Of a DNA stretch of 64,000 bases, positions 12,512 to 20,346 are shown one piece after another. Under the pieces are notes generated by a model. That model was not told the DNA's origin. It ran no database searches and saw only the letters and a list, made by a program, of their open reading frames with translations. This DNA comes from Nemertoderma westbladi. Taxonomy: Eukaryota > Animalia > Xenacoelomorpha. Both the position numbers and the translations under genes were made by a program. Positions within the stretch are counted from its first letter, which is position 1. Each line of letters begins with the position of its first letter. The stretch is taken from the NCBI GenBank assembly GCA_032718475.1, contig JAUCBJ010000998.1:37441-101440 (forward strand), in the 5' to 3' direction.

Positions 12512-13036
12512 ATGCCATACAAAGCAAGCAGCGGATCAACACCAATTCAAATAATCAATCGTCAATATACAGCTCAAACTGAATTTCCAATTGATATAAT
12601 CAAAGTTTCTCAACAACTAAAAGGTCAGATGCGGCAAAAACCAAAAATGTTTGTGTATAAGACTGGATCTGCGACAATTATGCTATTCCCAACTGGTTCA
12701 ATAACAATAGTGGGTCCATGTAAAAATATTTGTAATGATTTACTTTATCTGAAACAATGTACCAACATACTAATTAAGAAAATTAAATTAAATACAGTGA
12801 CCAGACTAATTAAGTTACCATCTCTTAATTTTAAATCATTAAGTAAAAAGTGTGGACATCATTTTGTAAACAATGTAAAGGTATATATTGATTTTACACC
12901 GGAGCTCTTTTGTGGACTTCGATTGTATATTGGGCGATGTTATTTCAGTGTCTTTCACTCAATGAAAGTTATAAGTATGTGTCCTGTTGGTGATTTTGAA
13001 GAAGCTCTCATTATATTATTTAGTTTATTGAATTAA
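12512..13036 (+). CDS. Divergent TATA-box-binding-protein (TBP)-like protein, 174 aa
   Basis: Two TBP-like half-repeats: IQIIN...FPIDI...TIMLFPTGSITIVG and IKLNT...LNFKSL...DFTPELFCGL...FSVFHSMKVI. These align by eye to TBP LQN/FKIQN...FPIRL, TALIFSSGKMVCTG, YEPELFPGL and LLIFVSGKVV. Length matches the ~180-aa TBP core. The ATG follows the pPolB stop after a single intervening base. Confidence 0.8.
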   Translation: MPYKASSGSTPIQIINRQYTAQTEFPIDIIKVSQQLKGQMRQKPKMFVYKTGSATIMLFPTGSITIVGPCKNICNDLLYLKQCTNILIKKIKLNTVTRLIKLPSLNFKSLSKKCGHHFVNNVKVYIDFTPELFCGLRLYIGRCYFSVFHSMKVISMCPVGDFEEALIILFSLLN

Positions 13037-13048
13037 TAAGTAAAATTA

Positions 13049-13271
13049 TCTCTCAATATACTACGTCATTATACTGTATGTGCGGTTTTATATATTTATG
13101 TGATTATACTGTCTCTCAATATACTATATGTGATTATACTATATGTCATTATACTGTATGTGCGGTTTTATATATTTATGTGATTATACTGTCTCTCAAT
13201 ATACTATATGTGATTATACTATATGTCATTATACTGTATGTGCGGTTTTATATATTTATGTGATTATACTG
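13049..13271. repeat. 80-bp tandem repeat (~2.7 copies) downstream of the TBP-like ORF
   Basis: TGCGGTTTTATATATTTATG recurs at 13081, 13161 and 13241, with internal ATTATACT sub-repeats. Confidence 0.9.
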
Positions 13272-13656
13272 CGTGTGGTTCTATATATTCATGTAACATA
13301 TATACTAATTATAGTTTTATTAAATTTATGTAAAAAATATATTGATTTATATTATTAATAACATCTTACCTTGAGAACAATTCTACCAATCTTTACAAGT
13401 AATGGGGACCCACCTTTCCTCACCTAACCCCTCCCAAAAAAGTCCATAAGGCCAAGGTTTACTGCACTTGTTCTCCATTGAGTGATTAGTTGTTAAACTG
13501 GTGAATTCATTATATAAATTTAAATATTTACTAAAGCCGCTAGATGGCATGCATTTGTGACGCGAACATTAGTTTCATATTATACTGTATAAACGTTAAA
13601 AGTCAATTATTATTTTAATAAATATAATAATAATTGTGTTATAAAAGGAAAACACG

Positions 13657-14283
13657 ATGGATATAGTAGATATGCGGTTTCGTTTTGGAAGTACAATATT
13701 AATAGCCGGTCCTAGTGGTAGTGGAAAAACTTCTTTCTTGGAGAAAATGTTATTAAATAGGAAATTGATCCTTAACGAAACCCCAAACAGTATTACTTGG
13801 TTTTATGGACAGACGAAACCAATAATTAAAGGTGTTAATATTACCGCTTTAAATGAAATTCCAGAACACTTTAATGAAAATGTGAAAAACCATTCTATCA
13901 TTATAATCGACGATTTGATGACAGAACTACAAAATTCCAAACAAGCGACTACGCTATTTACTAAAGTAGCTCGACATACAAATTCAATGGTAATTTTTCT
14001 CACTCAAAACCTTTATCAAAAAGGAGGAGAATCTAGGACCCGTTCCATTAATTCCACATATTTCTTATTGTTCAAAAATCCGAGGGATCAGACACAGATA
14101 AGAACTTTAGCCCATCAGATGAAACCAAATACACCCAAATTCTTAATCGCGGCATTTCAAGACGCAACAAAGGTTCCCTTTAACCCACTTCTTATTGATT
14201 TTCATCAATTAACGAATGATAGTCTTCGTATACGTGGGTATTTATTTACAAATGAACATTGTGTTTATCAACCCGTGTCGTAA
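13657..14283 (+). CDS. A32/FtsK-like DNA packaging ATPase
   Basis: Walker A GPSGSGKT, Walker B IIIIDD, ARH, LTQN and FKNPRD motifs typical of Polinton ATPases. Confidence 0.93.
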   Translation: MDIVDMRFRFGSTILIAGPSGSGKTSFLEKMLLNRKLILNETPNSITWFYGQTKPIIKGVNITALNEIPEHFNENVKNHSIIIIDDLMTELQNSKQATTLFTKVARHTNSMVIFLTQNLYQKGGESRTRSINSTYFLLFKNPRDQTQIRTLAHQMKPNTPKFLIAAFQDATKVPFNPLLIDFHQLTNDSLRIRGYLFTNEHCVYQPVS

Positions 14284-14296
14284 TATACGTAGAAGA

Positions 14297-14434
14297 ATGC
14301 TTCTATTAGCAATTGTCTGTTATTTAGTTATATTATACTTATTTGTGGTTTATCATCGACAAAGGTTTCTTAAATTTCTTAATATTATAGAACAAGTATG
14401 GAACTTAATATACGAAAGTATAGGAAAGAACTAG
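14297..14434 (+). CDS. Possible 45-aa single-transmembrane peptide
   Basis: ATG at 14297, hydrophobic MLLLAIVCYLVILYLFVVY followed by basic HRQR. Fills the gap between the ATPase and the next ORF. Confidence 0.35.
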   Translation: MLLLAIVCYLVILYLFVVYHRQRFLKFLNIIEQVWNLIYESIGKN

Positions 14435-14739
14435 AATTTTTGAAAAATAGCAACGCATTAGCGCGAGGAGCATTTATTCGAAAAAAAGCTAGTAGCGAAT
14501 TAATACGATTTCTCGTTAATATTACACTGAATACGCTCTATGGGAATATAAATATTGATGGAAAGATTGTTAAAAAATTGAAGCCATATAAGAAATATAT
14601 GAGGCGATTGAAATCGAAAAATTCAGTTTCACTTCAAAGACGTTCTCTCTCTCAGGCTGGGGGGTTCCTTCCACTTATTTTGCCACTGTTGATAGGCGCC
14701 ACAAACATTGCCACAACTGTTGCCACAGCGTTAACATAA
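14398..14739 (+). CDS. Basic virion core protein with adenovirus pX-like C-terminus
   Basis: Lys/Arg-rich, then QAGG^FLPLILPLLIGA, resembling adenovirus pX GGILPLLIPLIAAAIGA with a protease-cleavage-like site. Confidence 0.7.
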   Translation: MELNIRKYRKELEFLKNSNALARGAFIRKKASSELIRFLVNITLNTLYGNINIDGKIVKKLKPYKKYMRRLKSKNSVSLQRRSLSQAGGFLPLILPLLIGATNIATTVATALT

Positions 14740-14741
14740 CC

Positions 14742-14924
14742 ATGTCATTCAAGAAACTATATTTAATAACCCCCGAACAACATGCTAGGTTGCAACCAAC
14801 ACATTTGAAAATAAAACCTTTAATTAAAGAAACAAAGAAAAAAGGTCAAAATAAACGGACAATAAACGATAGAAGAAAAGTGTTGAAACTGTTTGATTAT
14901 ACGCGTCGCAAATCGCGAAAATAA
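14742..14924 (+). CDS. Small basic Polinton protein (60 aa)
   Basis: ATG 2 nt after the previous stop; tightly packed; KKLYLITP N-terminus; Lys/Arg-rich. Confidence 0.5.
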   Translation: MSFKKLYLITPEQHARLQPTHLKIKPLIKETKKKGQNKRTINDRRKVLKLFDYTRRKSRK

Positions 14925-15211
14925 TGTCTTGGTTAAAAAAACTTTCAGTAACTTGCAATTTTCGTTGTCTGTGCAATTCTAGCAGTGTTACCTATGGCTA
15001 TGATCAACAAGATGGTAGAAAAACGCTTAGCCAAAGCTTACTACAATCCTTCAAGTGTTGCAGGGTTTTCCACTGTAGGAAAGCTAGCAAAAGAGACGGG
15101 AGTCAATCCAAAACTCGTGAAAAGATGGCTTCAAAGTCAGCAAACCTACACATTGCATGCCCCAGCGAGGCGTCTGTTTCCCACAAGCCGAATGTATTTT
15201 TATGGAATTAG
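14924..15211 (+). CDS. Possible overprinted 95-aa Cys-containing ORF overlapping the integrase
   Basis: TAATG stop/start coupling at 14922-14926. Stays open for over 200 nt in an alternative frame of the integrase. Confidence 0.35.
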   Translation: MSWLKKLSVTCNFRCLCNSSSVTYGYDQQDGRKTLSQSLLQSFKCCRVFHCRKASKRDGSQSKTREKMASKSANLHIACPSEASVSHKPNVFLWN

Positions 15212-16064
15212 TGACACCATTCAGGCAGATTTAATAGATATGCAAAAATATCGCGCAACAAACTCAGGTTATGGATATATTCTAACCGCAATCAACTGTT
15301 TTAGTAAGAAGGGATGGGCATTACCATTGAAACGGAAGACTGGTATTGAAATTAAACATGCACTACAGTCTATTTTTATTGAAGAAGTACCACGTAATTT
15401 ATGTACAGATCAAGGGTTGGAATTCGACAATAAAGTTGTACTCAATTACTTGAAAATGAAAAAAGTTAAATATTATACAACACGATCGCAGTTCAAAGCA
15501 GCCATTTGCGAAAGGTATAATAGAACATTGAAGACAAAGATGTATAAAATTTTTAGTAGAAGAGGTAACCATAAGTGGCTTGCTATTCTACCAAAAATTG
15601 TATACTCTTATAATAATTCTATACATAGATCTATTGGAATGCCCCCAATTCAAGTCAATAAGTCGAATGAAGATAACGTGAGAAGAAACCTCTATGGAAA
15701 TTTAGCTAAAATCATTGTAACAAAACCCAAATTGAGAATAGGTGACAATGTGCGACTTAATATAGCTAAAACGGCGTTTGAAAAAGGTTATACAAAAAAT
15801 TGGACTGGTGAGGTGTTTACTGTGAAACGTATAAGACTAGATCGTTTTCCTCAGCCTATGTATCATATAATAGATTCAGTTGATAGAGAAATAGAAGGAA
15901 CATTTTACCCTCACGAATTGCAAAAGGTTACACAAACAACTGATATTCAGCCAATCGAGTCCATTTTGAAGTCTCGAATAAAAAATGGTCGGAAGGAATT
16001 CCTTGTAAAATTTAAAAACTATAAACGGAACTCTTGGTTGAGCGAGTCTCAACTACGTAAATAA
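14994..16064 (+). CDS. Retroviral-like (c-)integrase with C-terminal chromodomain
   Basis: YYNP..GF, YTLH, DDE residues in QADLIDM / TDQGLEF / ICERYNRTLK, FEKGY..NWT.E.F, chromodomain IESIL..EFLVKF..NSWL. The start may be 14994, 15000 or 15012. Confidence 0.95.
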   Translation: MAMINKMVEKRLAKAYYNPSSVAGFSTVGKLAKETGVNPKLVKRWLQSQQTYTLHAPARRLFPTSRMYFYGISDTIQADLIDMQKYRATNSGYGYILTAINCFSKKGWALPLKRKTGIEIKHALQSIFIEEVPRNLCTDQGLEFDNKVVLNYLKMKKVKYYTTRSQFKAAICERYNRTLKTKMYKIFSRRGNHKWLAILPKIVYSYNNSIHRSIGMPPIQVNKSNEDNVRRNLYGNLAKIIVTKPKLRIGDNVRLNIAKTAFEKGYTKNWTGEVFTVKRIRLDRFPQPMYHIIDSVDREIEGTFYPHELQKVTQTTDIQPIESILKSRIKNGRKEFLVKFKNYKRNSWLSESQLRK

Positions 16065-16074
16065 ATCAACAAAA

Positions 16075-16902
16075 ATGAATAACTATATAACTTTATTCTC
16101 AAATGGACCTACAAACAAATTTCCTGATAACACCCTTTCGAAATTTACGGTTGATCTACCCTATACAATCAATCTCAGTGGTGATGTAGAAGTGGGACTA
16201 TCTGAAATTCAATACTGTTCCTCATTCTATAATATACGTCAACAATCTCTGTTTACAATTTATTATGGAGATAGGACATCGCAAGTTGTTATATTTGAAC
16301 CAGGACTATATACGAGTGTAGAAGCCATTATTAATAAAATCAATCAACAAATTGATCACCCGAAGTGGCCCCAAATTCAATATTTCAAATACTCAAATAA
16401 AATCGAGCTCGCTACTTCGCAACACTTTTCTTTTGAAATTACTGGAGATTTGATTACAATACTTGGTTTTGAGGAGTTTACGCAGGATTATGATCCGAGG
16501 GATGTACCTTATCTAGCTAATTGGTATGATTATTGGAGTGTAAATGTTAGTGAATTTGGTTCTTTAACATTCAAACAGCAACCGGGCCAGCGTGCTCAAT
16601 TTAGAGGGATTTGTCCCTTTTCTTGCGATTTAGTCTTAGGGCGACATAATTTGTTTATCTATAGTGACATTACTTCTCATGTGACTGTGGGAAATACGAC
16701 GGCACCGTTATTACGCACGGTACCTCTCGAACTTGAGCATAATAAAGTTATAACGCGCGAATTTAAAAAAATTTATTACAGACCAGTTGCTAGAACAATT
16801 GTTAATCAGATAAATATTGAATTACGCAACAAAAAAGGAGAACTAATATTATTTAATGGAGGTGCAACAATAATTACCCTACACTTAAAAAGTAAGCCAT
16901 AA
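16075..16902 (+). CDS. Minor capsid protein (penton-like, PX), paralogue 1
   Basis: YITLFSN..FPDNT.S.F.V.LP..L.G..EVGLSEI N-terminus and FIYSDI..VGNT.APLLR.V..Y.PV..I.IELR C-terminus, typical of Polinton minor capsid proteins. Confidence 0.85.
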   Translation: MNNYITLFSNGPTNKFPDNTLSKFTVDLPYTINLSGDVEVGLSEIQYCSSFYNIRQQSLFTIYYGDRTSQVVIFEPGLYTSVEAIINKINQQIDHPKWPQIQYFKYSNKIELATSQHFSFEITGDLITILGFEEFTQDYDPRDVPYLANWYDYWSVNVSEFGSLTFKQQPGQRAQFRGICPFSCDLVLGRHNLFIYSDITSHVTVGNTTAPLLRTVPLELEHNKVITREFKKIYYRPVARTIVNQINIELRNKKGELILFNGGATIITLHLKSKP

Positions 16903-17696
16903 TGGAGAAAATATTATATTTACCCTCAAATTCTTCACCTAAACGATTTCCGTTAAACCAACCTTCTAACTTTAATGTGGAACTATCTGAACCATTGCGT
17001 TTTAGTGGAAAGTGGATGGTGGGTCTGTCAGAAATTGTTTACCTCTCCTCGGTTCATAATTTAGAAGATACATTCATTTATATTCGGAGTTTACAAGGAA
17101 CTAAAAGAAAATATATAATACCATCTGGTTGCTATACTGATGTGGAGGCGTTGCTTACACAGCTAAATATAGATGGTCTCAATTCCCATTTAGAAATAAG
17201 ACAAAATGAGCTTTATGACAACATTAGTATTCAGTTTATCGACGAAAGTAAAGTTGTTCATTTTTATGGAAATAAGTTGATTGAGTTACTTGGATTGCGG
17301 GGAATAGAAAATGAGTATTATGTTAATAAAAATAAATTTCTTGTTAGCCTAAAAAATGATTATCTACAAATAACGCGAAGGGGGGAAATAGAGGATGATT
17401 CTGATATATTACATATTCAAAAAGCAACAAATGTTTTTATGGGAAACATTAGTATATTTTCAAATATTTGCGGAAATGAGATTGTTGGAAATCAACTGAA
17501 ACCCCTCTTAAGATCTATTCCTTATCAAGGAGATTATGGTAAGCTTGTTCATCATGAATTCACAAATATTAATTATAAATCCATTGATATGCAAAATATA
17601 GAAACAATAAATATACAGTTAAAAAATGATCGAGATGAATTCATAAAGTTTAATAATGTTACTGTAATTGCGACATTAATTTTGAAACGCCAATAA
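16902..17696 (+). CDS. Minor capsid protein (penton-like), paralogue 2
   Basis: Same motifs: LYLPSNSS..FP.N..S.F.V.L..W.VGLSEI and IFSNI..VGN...PLLRSI..Y..I.IQL. TAATG-coupled to paralogue 1. Confidence 0.85.
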   Translation: MEKILYLPSNSSPKRFPLNQPSNFNVELSEPLRFSGKWMVGLSEIVYLSSVHNLEDTFIYIRSLQGTKRKYIIPSGCYTDVEALLTQLNIDGLNSHLEIRQNELYDNISIQFIDESKVVHFYGNKLIELLGLRGIENEYYVNKNKFLVSLKNDYLQITRRGEIEDDSDILHIQKATNVFMGNISIFSNICGNEIVGNQLKPLLRSIPYQGDYGKLVHHEFTNINYKSIDMQNIETINIQLKNDRDEFIKFNNVTVIATLILKRQ

Positions 17697-17829
17697 ACGA
17701 TAAATAAGGAAATATATTTAGGAAGCAATGAGTTATAAAGATTATTATCAAAGGAGTTTGTAGAAAACATTACAGAGAACACTTTATAAGGTTATTCGCG
17801 GCGGTGTTAAAAATAAACAGATTGGGACG

Positions 17830-18336
17830 ATGAAGGGTCTCAGCTCAGAAATTGTTACACCCCCTTCCATAATGAGGCAACGATTACAATTATTAGAATG
17901 GAAACCAAAGGCGGGGGGAGGACTACCTTATTTTGAGGGGGGATATAGACATCGACACATGAACAGTCGCACAGTTTTTGTGAGACACGGTCAACGAGGT
18001 AAAGGTATCCTTGGAAATATTATTCGGATTGCAACCAAAGTAGTGCCCAAAGTTATTAAGCCCGTCGCGCGAGCAGCAATTCGCAAAAGTGCTCCTTTTG
18101 TAAAAAAGACAGGGAGAAAAATTGTCAAACGAGTAATTCGTCGGGGAATTCCACAACTTAAAAAGATTGGAAAGAAATTAGCAGAACAGGCTCTCGCCAG
18201 CTCAAAACCTTCCACTAAACGAGTAGCTCATAAAATTATTGAAGAAGTTTTAAATGCTGCTGATGGGAGGTCAATAAACGAAACTCGCAAAAAACGCAAA
18301 TCAAAAAAGCATCACTGTCCAGATATTTTTGGTTAA
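17830..18336 (+). CDS. Basic core/membrane-active virion protein precursor
   Basis: QRGKG motif followed by amphipathic ILGNIIRIATKVVPKVIK; very basic; ends DIFG just before the major capsid gene. Confidence 0.65.
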   Translation: MKGLSSEIVTPPSIMRQRLQLLEWKPKAGGGLPYFEGGYRHRHMNSRTVFVRHGQRGKGILGNIIRIATKVVPKVIKPVARAAIRKSAPFVKKTGRKIVKRVIRRGIPQLKKIGKKLAEQALASSKPSTKRVAHKIIEEVLNAADGRSINETRKKRKSKKHHCPDIFG

Positions 18337-18350
18337 ACTAAATAATAACA

Positions 18351-19601
18351 ATGGAAGAAACCACGGAAGCACTAAATTTATTTAATCGCAGTAATGTTCA
18401 GACTGTAATTGAAGAAAGTTTTGAGCAGGAAATATACCCTGTGACTACATTGGGAGAGGGCACATCAGTTATAGATTTCATGATTGAAAAGTCAGAAGAT
18501 TACTATACAATAGGAAGTGAAACAACACTACAATTAGTATATCGTGTTGTAACAACAACACGACCTGACAATGGCGCAGTTTATCAAACACCACTAAGCC
18601 TCTCTACTCTATTTTCAAACATTAGTGTTTTGATTAATGAACGAGAGGTAGAGTCTAATACTGCAAACTATCCCTATAAAGCTTTCATAAAAGCGATCTT
18701 ACTTAATGATCAGAGTACAAAAGAAACGATTTTAGCTGCCGAAGGGTTTGCAGAACAAGAAGCATTTGGTGTTCCTGTAGACTTTGCTGCAGCTGCTCAT
18801 TTGGAAAGTAGACCATATTATGTTCAGGGGTCTCTATTTGTTGACCTTTTTGAACAGGCTAAATTTATCCCACCCAAAACTAGTATAAGAATTAGATTAA
18901 CAAGAGCTACAAATGCGTTTAACTTAGTATGTATTGCAGCTGTACAAGAGCCTCGAATCAATATATCTAATGCTTTGTTGAAAATTAAACGAGTAAAATT
19001 GGATCCATATATACGTCAACAACATATAGAACAATTAAAAATAGGAGATTATATTTATCCAATTATACAGAATGAGGTGACAACCTTTACTATAGCAAAT
19101 GGTCAACAATCTCATGTGAGGGAAAATTTGTTTACAAGCAAGAATGTACCTCGCTTTGTTAATATTGTCATGGTTCGAAATGACTCTTACAATGGAAACT
19201 TAAGATCGAATTCACTATTGTTTGATCACTTTAATGTGAATTACTTACAACTTACGTTGGATGGTAAGGTAATTGGAGGTGTGACATATAAACCAAATTT
19301 TGCTAATAGACAATATATTAATGAGTATTGCGCTAGCCAAAAAAACCTGCTATCTATAACCAGAGGTACAAACAACGGCATTACTCCCACTAGATTTCGT
19401 GATTTATATCCAATATTTTCTTGGAATTTATCTCCCACGGGATTTCTTGATGAAGACGAACGAAACCCACATCAAATAGGCAATGCTAGATTAGAGATTG
19501 CTTTCTCAGCTCCTTTACAAAATACAATTAACGTTATTATGTGGGTGGGATATGATAGAACTGTGAATATCAGCAATGTTGGATCCGTAACTATTTTCTA
19601 G
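18351..19601 (+). CDS. Major capsid protein (double jelly-roll, PY)
   Basis: LNLF..VQT.IE....EIYP...IDF.I..DY, LFS.I.V.IN, NYPYKAFI, Q.KFIP..IRIRL.R, YNGN...N...F.HFNV and RLEI.F motifs of Polinton MCP; 416 aa. Confidence 0.9.
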   Translation: MEETTEALNLFNRSNVQTVIEESFEQEIYPVTTLGEGTSVIDFMIEKSEDYYTIGSETTLQLVYRVVTTTRPDNGAVYQTPLSLSTLFSNISVLINEREVESNTANYPYKAFIKAILLNDQSTKETILAAEGFAEQEAFGVPVDFAAAAHLESRPYYVQGSLFVDLFEQAKFIPPKTSIRIRLTRATNAFNLVCIAAVQEPRINISNALLKIKRVKLDPYIRQQHIEQLKIGDYIYPIIQNEVTTFTIANGQQSHVRENLFTSKNVPRFVNIVMVRNDSYNGNLRSNSLLFDHFNVNYLQLTLDGKVIGGVTYKPNFANRQYINEYCASQKNLLSITRGTNNGITPTRFRDLYPIFSWNLSPTGFLDEDERNPHQIGNARLEIAFSAPLQNTINVIMWVGYDRTVNISNVGSVTIF

Positions 19602-19611
19602 AAAGAAAAAC

Positions 19612-20040
19612 ATGTTGAACTCATATGATTTGAATAATTTCCCTATAGGAGAACATTATCGTGGTTCTTTCGCCATTGATCAATTACCAGCGAAGGATGG
19701 CTCTAAAATGAGCTTCATTTCAAATACTCAAGCCGCTCATTTACCTGGTATGCATTGGGTCGCTGTTTTTATGAATGAAAATATAGGTGAATACTTTGAT
19801 TCATTTGGAGTGTTCCCCCCGGCTCGTATAGAAGACTGGTTGTTGCGTAATACAATAAAATGGACAAGGACACGAAAAGTGGTTCAACACCCTCTACGAA
19901 CGAGTTGTGGGGGATACTGTTTATATTACTTATCTGAACGATCAAAAACTGACACGCCTCTACGCAAGTTTGGAACAGACTTGAAACAAAATGAAAAGAT
20001 ACTTGCATGCTGGTTACGGAACAAAGCCATAATGAATTGA
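19612..20040 (+). CDS. Adenain-like cysteine protease
   Basis: NT..PGMHWVA (His), YFDSFG (Asp), QHP...SCGGYC (Gln/Cys). Confidence 0.93.
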   Translation: MLNSYDLNNFPIGEHYRGSFAIDQLPAKDGSKMSFISNTQAAHLPGMHWVAVFMNENIGEYFDSFGVFPPARIEDWLLRNTIKWTRTRKVVQHPLRTSCGGYCLYYLSERSKTDTPLRKFGTDLKQNEKILACWLRNKAIMN

Positions 20041-20346
20041 TATTATTAGTTGTGTTACAATGTGTTATATCTTATGTGTTACAATGTGTTATATCTTAAA
20101 TGTTACTCTGCTATATGTATATTATGTATATGTGTTATGTTATAAATATATATTTCAATGTTGCTATATTAAAAATATTAAAATAGTCGACTATATTTCA
20201 TTTTTCTTTTTTCATCTTTTGATAAATAATATAGGGGTTAAACAAAGAACATCAAAACAGTTAAACAGTTACATTTAACATTTAGACAGTAAACAGTAAC
20301 AGTAAACATTTACATGACCAGTTACAATAGACAAGTAACATAAAGT

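Noticed and set aside
13078-13358. Hydrophobic/Cys-Tyr repeat ORFs
   Set aside because: Translations of the 80-bp tandem repeat.
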